Part shown: one piece after another, positions 1 to 9,961 of the stretch
Layout of the letters: every line of letters starts with the position of its first letter
Position numbering within the stretch: the first letter of the stretch is position 1
Origin: an uncultured Bacteroidota bacterium
GTDB taxonomy: Bacteria > Bacteroidota > Bacteroidia > NS11-12g > UBA955
Direction: 5' to 3'
Length of the DNA: 64,000 nt
Assembly: GCA_937867025.1 (NCBI GenBank)
Contig: CALMKH010000249.1
Span: 3,600-67,599, forward strand
Translations under genes and position numbers: made by a program
Notes under the pieces: model-generated
What the model saw: the letters and a program-made list of their open reading frames with translations, nothing else
Databases searched by the model: none
Told to the model about the DNA's origin: nothing

Positions 1-644
1 GCATTGGGAAAATTGGCCAGGGCCCAGGGCAGTGGTACAAACTGCTTACTCGATCCTGTCGGGAAAATGATGACATTTTCCTTAAGGTCGACCGGAATGG
101 TAAGTTCGGGTGAAAGTGGTATTTTACCGTTAAGCCTGTCGTAAATCCCCTGATAGTCTTTCGCCACCTGTTCCTTGAATGTCTCATAATCCACATTCCT
201 GATTTCCTTTATAGCCACTATTTCCAGGAACCCGTGAAATGTTTTACTCCATTTCAGCGGGGGTACCTTGATCAGGTTAAGTGCATCAGCGATCTTGAAT
301 ATGAGGATATTCAAATAGTCTTTCAGTTGTTTTTTCTTCTTGTCTTCAATCACGGTTCTCTGGAAAGAGCAGATATACCGTTCGCCTTTCAGTAGACCTG
401 GGAGGAGATGTCTTATTCCAAGGGCCGTATAACTAAGTTTGGCCTGTCTCCCTTCTTCATCATCCATAATGGTGATCCTGTCGCTGAAGGCCAGTCTTGC
501 CAGAGGCCTAAGGAAGGCAGGAATTAAAATGCGGATGTCGAGTTCGGGCTTCAGGCCGGCAATAGCATAAAAACCGACCAGACGCATCCAGATATCCCCA
601 CGTCCGCCGGTTGCCGAGTTGATTAAAAGTGGTTTTCTGCCCAT
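1..644 (-). CDS. GT9-like glycosyltransferase (heptosyltransferase fold), N-terminal part only; the ORF runs off the left edge
   Basis: Edge-truncated, so absent from the ORF track. My own translation from ATG 644..642 gives MGRKPLLINSATGGRGDIWMRLVGFYAIAGLKPELDIRIL... and stays open to base 1. The segment IIFPTGSSKQFVPLPWALANF resembles the GT9 PGAS..KRWP region. The gene lies 25 nt after DUF4254, the usual GT9 neighbour. Confidence 0.45.
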   Translation of the reverse strand, partial: MGRKPLLINSATGGRGDIWMRLVGFYAIAGLKPELDIRILIPAFLRPLARLAFSDRITIMDDEEGRQAKLSYTALGIRHLLPGLLKGERYICSFQRTVIEDKKKKQLKDYLNILIFKIADALNLIKVPPLKWSKTFHGFLEIVAIKEIRNVDYETFKEQVAKDYQGIYDRLNGKIPLSPELTIPVDLKENVIIFPTGSSKQFVPLPWALANFPN

Positions 645-669
645 GACGTATGATAATTTTGTGAGTGTG

Positions 670-1260
670 TCATTTTTGGTTTCGCCTGTACAATTCAGGA
701 TTCAGATCAGGATCATTGTACATCTTGAATTGCCTGTACACCTTGAACCTTAGCCTTGAATTCAGGAGATCGTCAAAGACCTGCTCAAGGCTCCGGGAAA
801 GATCCGACACCTGTTCTTCGAGGACTTTCACCTTGTTCCTGCATGCCGCCCTGTGCTCTTCAGATGCGTCTGTCCTTGCAGTCTCTTCAAGCATATGGTA
901 TGTTTTCAGGGACATGATGGATAAACGGTCTATCATCATGCCGGGGGTTTCCGAGTGTATTCTTTCACCGGGTTTGACATGCTTTGCTTCCAGGTATGAC
1001 AATATCCACTCATCGATCTTTTCCATGGCATTGTTTCTCGACTGGTTAAATTTATCTATGTTGCGTTTGGCCTGAACAATTCTCATGGGATCTATATCCT
1101 TGATGCGGGCAATATCCTCTTCATGCCATAAGGAGAAATTCCAGATGTTGTTTTCTTCTATGAACTGCCATGGCAATTCTTTTTCTTTAGGCAACAATTC
1201 GATATGCCAGTCGACAATATTCTGTCTTTGCATTTCGAGCAGTCTTTTTACGTCAATCAT
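670..1260 (-). CDS. DUF4254 family protein
   Basis: 196 aa. Recalled DUF4254 hallmarks are present: ...WHEEDIARI...KRNIDKFNQSRNNAMEKID...MIDRLSIMSLKTYHM...ASEEHRAACRNK...KMYNDPDLNPELY. The length also fits the family. Confidence 0.65.
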   Translation of the reverse strand: MIDVKRLLEMQRQNIVDWHIELLPKEKELPWQFIEENNIWNFSLWHEEDIARIKDIDPMRIVQAKRNIDKFNQSRNNAMEKIDEWILSYLEAKHVKPGERIHSETPGMMIDRLSIMSLKTYHMLEETARTDASEEHRAACRNKVKVLEEQVSDLSRSLEQVFDDLLNSRLRFKVYRQFKMYNDPDLNPELYRRNQK

Positions 1261-1301
1261 AGATATGGAAATTTATATTGTTAAAGAAGCAGATGTTCGT
1301 A

Positions 1302-2441
1302 TCAGAGGATACTTTTATTGATCACATTCTTGTCTGTAAGCAGCCTGATATAATAGTCGGTAACATATGATACTTCCCATGTATAAGCAGGCCTCTTCAT
1401 AAAATAATCATTATAGTGCTGGGTTTCCTCATCATTGTCGCGTTCATAATCATGCTTTGGCAATATCACAGGCAACCCGTGGAGTTTCATGGTGGCAAAC
1501 ACACCGCTTTTTCCAATATGCTCGGAAGGCGTACAGGAAATACCGTAATCGAGCATGCGAAGCACATTCGATATTTTTTCCTGGGATTGGATACCGAGAT
1601 GTATGAATGTCATCCGTTTGCCGTATTTGTTCTCAAGCCTGTTAAATTCATTAAGACCGAAAACGTTCAGGTTTCCTACACCGATGAAAGCCGACTTAAG
1701 ACCGAGTTTTTCAGTTATCTCAAGCTGTTCATCTATCGCATTATCGAGACTTGAGTCGGGGTAAATATTTCCGAATATTCCGAATAATCTCCACTCCTTG
1801 CGGTTAGTACTGTTGATGCCGATCTTTGCAAGGAAACCGTTGGTGAACTGATCATCGCGCGGAGCTACGGGAATATTGCTGAATAACGGCAGTATGACAG
1901 TCCGGATATCATTGCTTTCAAGCAGTTTCTTGTAAAGCAGGTTCGATGTGGTAATCAGTTCCGGCTTCAGAAAATCAACAAACCTCGAAATGATGCTCCT
2001 CTGAAGAAACCCTATAATCCTGTCCTTCATGGGCGAATTACTGGAAAACCCAAGCCAGAGTTCATGGAACATGATATGCCAGCGTTGCTCGCGTCCTATA
2101 AGTTTCAAAAGATGATTGAGCTGATAAGGCAGGCCTTTATTATGAAAAGAGTACGGAACAAATTGCAGGCTTATCCAATCGGGCCGAAAGTCTTCCCTGC
2201 AGCTTTTCACCTCCATGTACCTTTGCTTTTCAGGTATTACGGATGGCAGGCGAAGAACGGGAACCTCCGTACCTGTAAAAGCCTGAACACCCCTGAATTC
2301 GGTTTTAATATGCCTGTCATTGATAGCTACTGCCATTACTTCATGACCTTTTCTTATGAGTTCGGCGGAAAGGTGTTGAACATAGTCCCCTACCCCATCC
2401 CTTCCCGGTTCAAGCGAACCACAGATAAAAAGAAACTTCAT
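1302..2441 (-). CDS. Glycosyltransferase, GT-B fold (GT4-like)
   Basis: 379 aa. The N-terminus MKFLFICGSLEPGRDGVGDYVQHLSAELIRKGHEV is typical of GT4-type enzymes. The C-terminal KSGVFATMKLHGLPVI resembles the EX7E region. It sits in the EPS locus. Confidence 0.65.
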   Translation of the reverse strand: MKFLFICGSLEPGRDGVGDYVQHLSAELIRKGHEVMAVAINDRHIKTEFRGVQAFTGTEVPVLRLPSVIPEKQRYMEVKSCREDFRPDWISLQFVPYSFHNKGLPYQLNHLLKLIGREQRWHIMFHELWLGFSSNSPMKDRIIGFLQRSIISRFVDFLKPELITTSNLLYKKLLESNDIRTVILPLFSNIPVAPRDDQFTNGFLAKIGINSTNRKEWRLFGIFGNIYPDSSLDNAIDEQLEITEKLGLKSAFIGVGNLNVFGLNEFNRLENKYGKRMTFIHLGIQSQEKISNVLRMLDYGISCTPSEHIGKSGVFATMKLHGLPVILPKHDYERDNDEETQHYNDYFMKRPAYTWEVSYVTDYYIRLLTDKNVINKSIL

Positions 2442-2478
2442 TGATTGTTTGCTGATATATAAATCGAGTAGAGAACTT

Positions 2479-3570
2479 TTATTGCCGGATATTGTTTATA
2501 ATATATGTTGCCACCTCGTCGGAGACACTGCTCCATGAACGCTGGCTTACCATTTGTCTTGCGTTGGCACCTAATGTTTCAGCCATTGAACGGTCCTTTA
2601 TCGCGGATTCAATCAGCGATGCGAGCTGTTCCGCGTTTCCTGGCTCAAAAAGAAGACCTGTCCTGCCATGTTCTATGATGTCTTTCTGCCCGCAACAATT
2701 GCTGGTAATACTGCATTTCCCGGCGGACATGGCCTGAAGCAGGCTCAGCGGCTGGCCCTCAAAATAACTAGGCAGCACAAATACCGAAGCCTTTGCAAGA
2801 AAAGAAGCCTCTTCCTCGGGCTTAAACCGGCTTACCACCTGCACCTGTGGACGAAGGTCTGCAGGCCAGTCATTCATGACATCGTTTTCGTCTTTCCCAG
2901 AACCGATAAGGAGATACAGGGGCGAATACCCTTTATCCCTCAACATTTCTGCCGCTTTTACCAGCAGTTTTGTTCCCTTCCGTTCAATCCATGTGCCATT
3001 GAACAAGACTGTGAATTTCTCTTCCTGCACCGGGTATATTTCCTTCTCCTGACTATTGACGCCATTCCTGAACACAAAAATATCGTCCTTACTCCTATTG
3101 TATTTCTTCATGGCATAATCCCTGTCCTCGGAATTGATGAGCAGTAATTTGTCCGCCCTTCTTAATCCCTGATCGCAACCTCGCAGCCTCCATAGCGGAA
3201 AAAGCAGTTTTGTCCTTGAGGAAATACGTATGCCGAGCGGGATAAGTCCATTCAGCTGGTTTTCCCAGTTGCGGCGTTCAATCCCGTGGCTTTCAAGAAA
3301 ACAAGGTATACCAAGATTCGTAAAGTATCCGCCTGCCGGTTCGTGGACGATCAACGCGTCGGGCCGTATGTTCAGCTGTTTGTAATATTTCCACGCCTTG
3401 CGCGGGAAAAGCCCCTGATGTTTCATAGGGCCTACTTCTGACGGACCAATGTGTATAAATTCATATCCCCGGTTTTCAAGCGCCGCTTTCCAGTAATATT
3501 CAACCCTGCCCATACCTGACGAAAGGCTTATATCGACTTCCGAAACATGAACAATAACCTTTTTTCCCAT
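2479..3570 (-). CDS. Glycosyltransferase family 4 (GT-B)
   Basis: 363 aa. The motif VFVLPSYFEGQPLSLLQAMSAGKCSITSNCCGQKDIIEHGRTGLL is a classic GT4 EX7E / nucleotide-sugar binding region. Confidence 0.8.
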   Translation of the reverse strand: MGKKVIVHVSEVDISLSSGMGRVEYYWKAALENRGYEFIHIGPSEVGPMKHQGLFPRKAWKYYKQLNIRPDALIVHEPAGGYFTNLGIPCFLESHGIERRNWENQLNGLIPLGIRISSRTKLLFPLWRLRGCDQGLRRADKLLLINSEDRDYAMKKYNRSKDDIFVFRNGVNSQEKEIYPVQEEKFTVLFNGTWIERKGTKLLVKAAEMLRDKGYSPLYLLIGSGKDENDVMNDWPADLRPQVQVVSRFKPEEEASFLAKASVFVLPSYFEGQPLSLLQAMSAGKCSITSNCCGQKDIIEHGRTGLLFEPGNAEQLASLIESAIKDRSMAETLGANARQMVSQRSWSSVSDEVATYIINNIRQ

Positions 3571-3574
3571 TATC

Positions 3575-4180
3575 CTACGACCTTTTCTTTATCAGCTTAG
3601 CGGGCACACCGCCGTAAATTTCATATTCGCCAACATTGCCCACCACTACCGAACCTGCTGCTATAACTGCTCCGCGGCCAATTTTAACACCTTTCAGTAC
3701 GACCACATTGACACCAAACCACACTTCCTCCCCGATATCAATAGGTGCTATAATGGGTTTTTGTGTATTCATGGACTCGCTTAACGATGTACCATGATCG
3801 TGATCAATAAATTTACAGCCTGATGCGATCATTGTTTTGCGGCCGACCTGTATCTGACCACTGATATTGAATTCACAACCGGCTCCGATAAAGACATCAT
3901 CTCCAATGAGAATGGATGGTTCTTTCTTCCAGAGGCCATCAAATTTAAAATGTACATGATGTTCGAGCAGGCAGTTCTTTCCAAACGACACCTGATGCGG
4001 CCAGGTGATGTAAATAGATGGAAACTGTGTTCCTTTGCCTATCCTCATACCCAGCATACGGTACCATGTCTTTCTGATGAACAATGGGATAACATGAAGA
4101 TACCTCATCCTGAACACCAGCACGGACTGCTGCACCAGATACGATATGCCGCGCCTGTTATTTTGCATAAAACCTGCCAA
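3575..4180 (-). CDS. Hexapeptide-repeat (left-handed beta-helix) acyl/acetyltransferase, WcaF/LacA-like
   Basis: 201 aa. Hexapeptide repeats are visible: IGDDVFIGAGCEF..., IGEEVWFGVNVVVLKGVKIGRGAVIAAGSVVVGNV. An alternative start at Met5 (4168) is possible. It overlaps the upstream gene by 11-23 nt. Confidence 0.8.
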   Translation of the reverse strand: MAGFMQNNRRGISYLVQQSVLVFRMRYLHVIPLFIRKTWYRMLGMRIGKGTQFPSIYITWPHQVSFGKNCLLEHHVHFKFDGLWKKEPSILIGDDVFIGAGCEFNISGQIQVGRKTMIASGCKFIDHDHGTSLSESMNTQKPIIAPIDIGEEVWFGVNVVVLKGVKIGRGAVIAAGSVVVGNVGEYEIYGGVPAKLIKKRS

Positions 4181-5132
4181 TCACCTTAGCTATAAGCATT
4201 TCTATTTTTTTCATCCTTATTTTTCCACTGCCCTGGGAGATCAGCGGACCTGAAACCGCGTACCAGAATTCCCTGTCAACGTTCCTTGGCTGTATGCCTT
4301 TCAAGGCGCTTCTTATGGGCTTTATCTGCCAGGGTTTAGGCGAACCCAAAGCATGAGGAAGGATATTCAGTCCGCCGCGATCAAAATCCATAGCCGGTTT
4401 GCCGAGGTGACTGCAAACACCATCCCAGGATTCCACGGTAGCATTAAGTGCATCCTGATCGGTGCGGCTGAAACATGCCAGGTCGCCCAGTAATTTTTGT
4501 GACAACTGTACTCCACCCGTGGCAAAAGCTGAGCGCCCCAATCCTCCTATTTCCACCGCCATGGCCTCCTGTATCTTTACCCATTGTTCCAGGAACGAAC
4601 GGTTGGCAAGACTCGCACCTACAAAACCTCCATTTGCATAAATAGCCTCCCTGAATGCAAGCTTGATGCCCATCGACCCGAAATATTTCCTCCATGCCAC
4701 CCTTCTCGGATGATTCGCCGATAAAGGTGAATTGACATCCTCGCATAAGGCCACTCCGCAACCTACCCACTCCTCGAAGAACGACCAGGGGGCCGTTACA
4801 ACGATGTCCGGATCAAAATAAAACATGCTTTCCGCATCTTTCGCCACACCTGACCACAGGCGCAGCATAAAATCAGGCTTGTAGTTGGTCAGATGATAGT
4901 CGGTATCCAGAGGCAGAAAATGAAGCTGCAGCCCTTCGGCTACCTCCATGGTTTTTGCACCCGGCCAGCCCAGTGCGGCATTGTCCTTTGCTGATGATGT
5001 CCATGATGGCAGGGCTCCTCGATGCCCCGCAAATACCTGGCCCCTGTAACCCTGGTGATACAGGGAATTTGTCAATCCGGCCACCCCGTAATGGTAATGG
5101 CTTTCAAATAGCGTACAAACCGTAGCGTTCAT
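4158..5132 (-). CDS. GT-A fold nucleotide-diphospho-sugar transferase, distant GT8-like
   Basis: 324 aa. GT8-like motifs appear in the right order: FYFDPDIVV (DxD), ANGGFVG (NxG), RTDQDALN (DQDxLN). It is markedly GC-richer than the flanking genes. Confidence 0.5.
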   Translation of the reverse strand: MNATVCTLFESHYHYGVAGLTNSLYHQGYRGQVFAGHRGALPSWTSSAKDNAALGWPGAKTMEVAEGLQLHFLPLDTDYHLTNYKPDFMLRLWSGVAKDAESMFYFDPDIVVTAPWSFFEEWVGCGVALCEDVNSPLSANHPRRVAWRKYFGSMGIKLAFREAIYANGGFVGASLANRSFLEQWVKIQEAMAVEIGGLGRSAFATGGVQLSQKLLGDLACFSRTDQDALNATVESWDGVCSHLGKPAMDFDRGGLNILPHALGSPKPWQIKPIRSALKGIQPRNVDREFWYAVSGPLISQGSGKIRMKKIEMLIAKVIGRFYAK

Positions 5133-5138
5133 TCCTTA

Positions 5139-6173
5139 TTATTTTTTTGCCAGACTCCTGTAAAATGCGTAGTGTTCTGCAGCAGTCAGTTTCCAATCGA
5201 GCTTAGCCTCTGAAAATGCCCTTGTAGCAGAAGAAATGGATTGCATATAAGCTTCCTCAGAAAGATACCTTAGCACCAGGTCAGCCATAGCCTTATCGTC
5301 ATTGTTTTCGATCAGGGGAAATACATCATTGCCTCCGTAAGACGTTATGCCTCCCATATTCGTGGTAACCACCGGGATGCCGCAGGCTATACCCTGAACT
5401 ATCGCCGTATTGGCGCCGCTGTCTGTCATTGGCATGAGTAAAACCGCACATTCCTGGTACAGGTGAAGCAACTGTTCATCTGTGAGCTTTTCATGAAAAT
5501 ACACGTTCGGATTGGCTGCAAGCGTATTCAAGGCCGGAAGGTTCCTGTGAATGCCCGGTATGACCAGGTGAAACTCAAGCGCTTTATCCTCACCTGAAAG
5601 TATAGCCACCACTCGCTGCAGCATATCAAAATTGCGGAGATAATGCCCTACGCAAAGAATGCGTTTTTTATTCCGTGGTTTATCACCAGGCCTGAAAAAA
5701 TCATTATCTACCCCGTGGCGGATAAACTTCAGCTGTCCTTTCGGAAGATATGCCTGGAACTTTTCCATCTCGCTTTCATAAAGTATCAGCGGATGCTTCA
5801 GGTTCACCAGCATGTCAAGCTGTTCCTGCTTCCACTGGCTGAATGGTAGATGTATTGTACCTGCAAGTGAAGAAAGCTGGCGTTCGCCTGCCACTTTCAG
5901 CAAGTGAATATGTGTTTCGAGATAAAGTATATGGCTGGCATCGGCTCTTGAAGCGGCGTTGAGAAAGCTCATGCCTGTTGCAAGTCCGTATGTGCTCTGA
6001 TCGTGAATATTTTTGGCGTGCTGGTAATATTTGCCTTTGATTTTCTTGATCAGGCTGCTGTCGGAGGCATTAAAATAGCTGATTTTACATTCAGGAAGGT
6101 AATGCACAATGCATTCGTAACCGGAGTATTTGCCAAACCAGGCAATCTTGTTGAACAGAACGTTTAATTTCAT
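5139..6173 (-). CDS. Glycosyltransferase family 4 (GT-B)
   Basis: 344 aa. The region VLLMPMTDSGANTAIVQGIACGIPVVTTNMGGITSY is GT1/GT4 C-terminal domain-like. It sits in the EPS locus. Confidence 0.75.
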   Translation of the reverse strand: MKLNVLFNKIAWFGKYSGYECIVHYLPECKISYFNASDSSLIKKIKGKYYQHAKNIHDQSTYGLATGMSFLNAASRADASHILYLETHIHLLKVAGERQLSSLAGTIHLPFSQWKQEQLDMLVNLKHPLILYESEMEKFQAYLPKGQLKFIRHGVDNDFFRPGDKPRNKKRILCVGHYLRNFDMLQRVVAILSGEDKALEFHLVIPGIHRNLPALNTLAANPNVYFHEKLTDEQLLHLYQECAVLLMPMTDSGANTAIVQGIACGIPVVTTNMGGITSYGGNDVFPLIENNDDKAMADLVLRYLSEEAYMQSISSATRAFSEAKLDWKLTAAEHYAFYRSLAKK

Positions 6174-6188
6174 GTAATTGATTCAGGT

Positions 6189-7505
6189 TTAAACCCGGGC
6201 TTCTGCTTTACGCGATCTGACTATTTTTAACAGTCCGTATGAAACATTTACCGTAACAGCCACCGTATTGACAAAAATATCAAACTTAATAATACCTATC
6301 AGCGTCCCGAGTTCATCTTTCATTAATAATGTAGCACATATGATGGCGAGTATGCCAATAGGTATGCCGATAAACGGGTTCATGGCCCACCCCCGGTTGG
6401 AGTAAAGGGAGTAGGCGCAACCAGCGATAAGGCTCAGACAGCTTCCGATGATCATGTAAACGACTTCCGTTGTCAGGTTGGCATATTGTTTTCCCAATAT
6501 CCACAGGATCTCTGACGGAAAAAGCCTGAAGAGCCCGACAATCCCCAGGCCCATTACAAAAAGTGCCCCGATGATCTGGACATAACGGTTCCTCAGCAGG
6601 TTGGAATCGTTCGGGAGACGCGCAAAACGCGGTGTTACCAGGGTATTGAAGAGTACGGTAAATGTCGTAAGTATCATGGACAGCCGGCCCAAAGCTCCTG
6701 CCTCCGAGATACTGCTGGTATGGCCGAATACGGAGATCAGCCAGATGGTAATCTGCCCTGATACACTGAAATATATAGCGCCCGGAAGGATGCGCTTAAC
6801 CATGCCGAGTATCTCGTGCCTTACATGTGGATCGGGTTTCTGAGAGAAGTCAGCATACTGTTCGCCATTTTTGCGCATGCGCCTATTCGCCCATAGCTGG
6901 GGGATAGCCGATGCCAATATGGCGAGATAAGCGAAGGGGAAAAAGAAGATGAATCCTGACAGAAGTCCCAGGCGACCAATATTCGTCACTACTTTGGTCT
7001 TTTGCAGCGGAATGATATCCTGCCTGATACGGGCAACTATTTCGAGAAGATTACCTGTCAGGGAGAAGAGGAAGGCCGGCATCAGGGCTCCCAGGATAAG
7101 AATGGTGGTGAGCCACGATGCACCTTGCATTCTCAGAAGATAAACAAGAACGGGGGTTGCAATAATAACACTGCCGGCGGCAAACTTTCTGCGGAGATCC
7201 AGCCCGGTCATGATAACCGCTCCCAGTTTGGTCCTGTCCAACCAAACCTTTGCGCCCTGGGCCATCACACCGGTTGATATGCCGCCGTCTGCCAGTACAA
7301 CCATGGTGCCAAGCATGTTGTTGGCCATGGTATAATATGCATATTCATCGCCCTTAGGCAATAAATTGACAATCAGAATTCCGGAGACGACACTTATGCC
7401 CTGTATAAGCAGCTGCACGGAGCCTGTAACACTGATGAGTTTAGCCCACTCAGTCGCTTTTGAAAAACGGGGATGCTGGCTGATTCTTGTAACGAAAGAT
7501 TTCAT
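6189..7505 (-). CDS. Polysaccharide biosynthesis protein, MOP-superfamily flippase (Wzx-like)
   Basis: 438 aa and highly hydrophobic, with about 12 predicted TM segments throughout. It lies between Wzc and the glycosyltransferases. Confidence 0.7.
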   Translation of the reverse strand: MKSFVTRISQHPRFSKATEWAKLISVTGSVQLLIQGISVVSGILIVNLLPKGDEYAYYTMANNMLGTMVVLADGGISTGVMAQGAKVWLDRTKLGAVIMTGLDLRRKFAAGSVIIATPVLVYLLRMQGASWLTTILILGALMPAFLFSLTGNLLEIVARIRQDIIPLQKTKVVTNIGRLGLLSGFIFFFPFAYLAILASAIPQLWANRRMRKNGEQYADFSQKPDPHVRHEILGMVKRILPGAIYFSVSGQITIWLISVFGHTSSISEAGALGRLSMILTTFTVLFNTLVTPRFARLPNDSNLLRNRYVQIIGALFVMGLGIVGLFRLFPSEILWILGKQYANLTTEVVYMIIGSCLSLIAGCAYSLYSNRGWAMNPFIGIPIGILAIICATLLMKDELGTLIGIIKFDIFVNTVAVTVNVSYGLLKIVRSRKAEARV

Positions 7506-7558
7506 ATTTCAGTGTCGGAAGAAAAGAATTCTAAAAAAACAATCATCCGCAAAGGAGA

Positions 7559-9937
7559 TTATTTCGCTTTATTTTTTCCTGAAGACTTTTCTTTCCTGAA
7601 AGATCCCTTCTTTCGTTTGTTTTCCTGGGTATAGCCATATCCATAACCATTGCCATATCCGTAACCATTTCCGTAACTGTTTCTGAATCCTAACAGACCT
7701 CTTGGTTTCAGGCCGTTGAAAACCAGGTTCATGTTATTGAGCTCTTTGTTGACAAATAAATGGTTGATATATTTCAGGTAGGATTTCGGCGTGCGTTTAT
7801 GACGGACTACATAGAGGCAGAGGTCTGCATACCTGTTGAGCAGCTTGGCGTCGGTAACCAGCCCGATAGGCGGCGAGTCGATCAGCACATAATCAAAGTC
7901 GCGCTTAAGCTGCTCCATCAACACGTCAAGCTTGCCGTTAAGTATCAGCTCTGTCGGATTAGGGGGAATGCTGCCCGCAGGAATTACAAATAGGTTATTC
8001 ACTTCCTCCGAAGGCTTGATTATCTCATTGATGCTTACCTGACCCGCCAGATAATTGGTAATGCCCGGTTCATTTGGGATATGCAACATGGCGCTTACTT
8101 TCGGCTTCCTCAGGTCGAGCTCAAGCAAAATCACCTTCTTGTTGGTAAGGCCGATAGTTGCACCGAGATTAATGGCTATGAAACTCTTTCCTTCCCCGGA
8201 AATGGATGAGGTGAATAAAATGGTGTTTCTTTCATTCTGGATGCCGAGATAGCTCAATGAGGTCCTCAGTGATCTGAATTGTTCGGCTATAGCTGTTCGT
8301 CGTCCTTCTTTCACAACTACCGACTCTTTTGAATCGTCATAGAGTATTTCTGCAAGAATGGTAGCGCGTGTGGCTTTTTCAACTTCTGACCTGAACACCA
8401 CTTCGCTTATGAACTTCTCTCTCAGGAGCACAAACAGCACACCTGCCATAATACCGGCGAGCAGAGAGAAGAAATAGATATTTGTCTTGGTGGGTTTTAC
8501 AGGATAACCGCTGCTTTCAGCGGGATTCACGATACGGCTCTCGGCAGGTGAAGCCGCATAGGATAACGCCGTTTCCTCGCGTTTCTGCAGGAGGAATGTA
8601 TAAATGTTTTGTTTTACACCTTGTTCACGGGTTATCTCTACCAGTTCCCTTGACTTTTCAGGAAGATTGCTGATCTGCGAAGAATATTTCCCAGCCTCCC
8701 TTTGCAGATTGGATCGTTGTATATACAGATTCTGCCTCAGGTTTTTGATAATTTCAAGCAGGTTAGGCTTGATCTGGGCGATCTGGTTCTTGACCTTGGT
8801 AATGGCAGGCGACTGTTCCGCAACGGTTTTGCGCAAACGGGCAAGTTCTGCCTCCGCAGTGTTCAGCTGGCTGAGTATCTGCAATAGTGTCGGGTCATTG
8901 ATTCCCATGGTTGACGGCACAGTTCCGGTCTCGCCGTCGTGGCTTACCACATATTTTTCAATATCACTCAAAACGTCAAGCTGAAGGTTCACCTGCGCTA
9001 TATCCGCATCAATCGCCTCTACATTCTGCAGATATTGCGCGCCCTGGGAAGGTATGTCAACGACTCCCTCCTGTTTTTTGAATGTTTCAAGATTGCCTTC
9101 CACTTCCGACAGGTCCTTGGTGAGTTTTACCAGACGATCTTCAATAAAATCAAGCGTATTCTTGGCTGCAATGTTTTTCTCCTCAATGCCGACCCTGTTA
9201 TGCACTGATATCAGTGTGTTCAGGATATCTTCCGCCCTTTCAGGCACCGGATCGGTGAACATCATGTTCAGTATGGTGGACTGTTTGTTGCCGCTTCCGA
9301 TAGCCAGGTTACCCAGCAACCCTTTAGCCACATCATTCACCCTCATGAACTGCACGAAATACTGGGTGTTTGAATTGACCTTCACAAGCGGATCCGGATT
9401 GATCTGGAATTTTCCATATGCGCCCAGGTTTACCGGCTCTTCAACCGGGTATTTCCTGCCTTCCAGCAAGACCATTTTCTCGGCAGGCATGTAAGTAAAA
9501 GCCACCAGGCCGGCCGAAGGCCTGATCTCTGCAGGGTTCAGGGCCGTAAAGCTTACAGGGCATGATTTATACACCAGCACATGCCTCACTCTTCCCGGAA
9601 CATATATCTGGGCATAAAGTCCCATCTGGTTGACCACTTCACTCATGATCTTCCTGGACTTCAGTATCTCTATCTCGTTTTCCACATTCTGCTTTTCCTC
9701 TGTTCCCTCGAGGGCTTTCAGCACGCTTTCCATGCCTGTTTCCTTGTCCTTGAGCATAATGGTAGCATTAGCCACGTAAAGGGGTGTCTGATACCGCAGG
9801 TGGACATGACCAAGGAACAGGCTTATGCCAATGGTGAGCACAAACACAGGCCAGAACGGCAGGTATCTGTGTGCCATCTCCGCCAGTATATTCACTGACT
9901 CTTCCTGCGGAAGAGGAGCATTATCTTTTGAATTCAT
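7559..9937 (-). CDS. Polysaccharide co-polymerase / BY-kinase (Wzc / GumC-type chain-length determinant tyrosine kinase)
   Basis: 792 aa. It has an N-terminal TM, a long coiled-coil periplasmic region and a second TM. Kinase motifs are Walker A SISGEGKSFIAINLG, A' ILLELDLRKP and Walker B DYVLIDSPP. The C-terminal Tyr cluster is YGNGYGYGNGYGYGY. Confidence 0.9.
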   Translation of the reverse strand: MNSKDNAPLPQEESVNILAEMAHRYLPFWPVFVLTIGISLFLGHVHLRYQTPLYVANATIMLKDKETGMESVLKALEGTEEKQNVENEIEILKSRKIMSEVVNQMGLYAQIYVPGRVRHVLVYKSCPVSFTALNPAEIRPSAGLVAFTYMPAEKMVLLEGRKYPVEEPVNLGAYGKFQINPDPLVKVNSNTQYFVQFMRVNDVAKGLLGNLAIGSGNKQSTILNMMFTDPVPERAEDILNTLISVHNRVGIEEKNIAAKNTLDFIEDRLVKLTKDLSEVEGNLETFKKQEGVVDIPSQGAQYLQNVEAIDADIAQVNLQLDVLSDIEKYVVSHDGETGTVPSTMGINDPTLLQILSQLNTAEAELARLRKTVAEQSPAITKVKNQIAQIKPNLLEIIKNLRQNLYIQRSNLQREAGKYSSQISNLPEKSRELVEITREQGVKQNIYTFLLQKREETALSYAASPAESRIVNPAESSGYPVKPTKTNIYFFSLLAGIMAGVLFVLLREKFISEVVFRSEVEKATRATILAEILYDDSKESVVVKEGRRTAIAEQFRSLRTSLSYLGIQNERNTILFTSSISGEGKSFIAINLGATIGLTNKKVILLELDLRKPKVSAMLHIPNEPGITNYLAGQVSINEIIKPSEEVNNLFVIPAGSIPPNPTELILNGKLDVLMEQLKRDFDYVLIDSPPIGLVTDAKLLNRYADLCLYVVRHKRTPKSYLKYINHLFVNKELNNMNLVFNGLKPRGLLGFRNSYGNGYGYGNGYGYGYTQENKRKKGSFRKEKSSGKNKAK
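7634..7669 (-). repeat. Tandem 18-nt repeat (17/18 identical) encoding the NGYGYG units of the Wzc tyrosine tail
   Basis: The plus strand reads gccatatccataaccatt (7634-7651) followed directly by gccatatccgtaaccatt (7652-7669). A partial third unit, tccgtaac, follows. Confidence 0.9.
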
Positions 9938-9961
9938 GTATTTGTATGATTTTTTGTAGAA

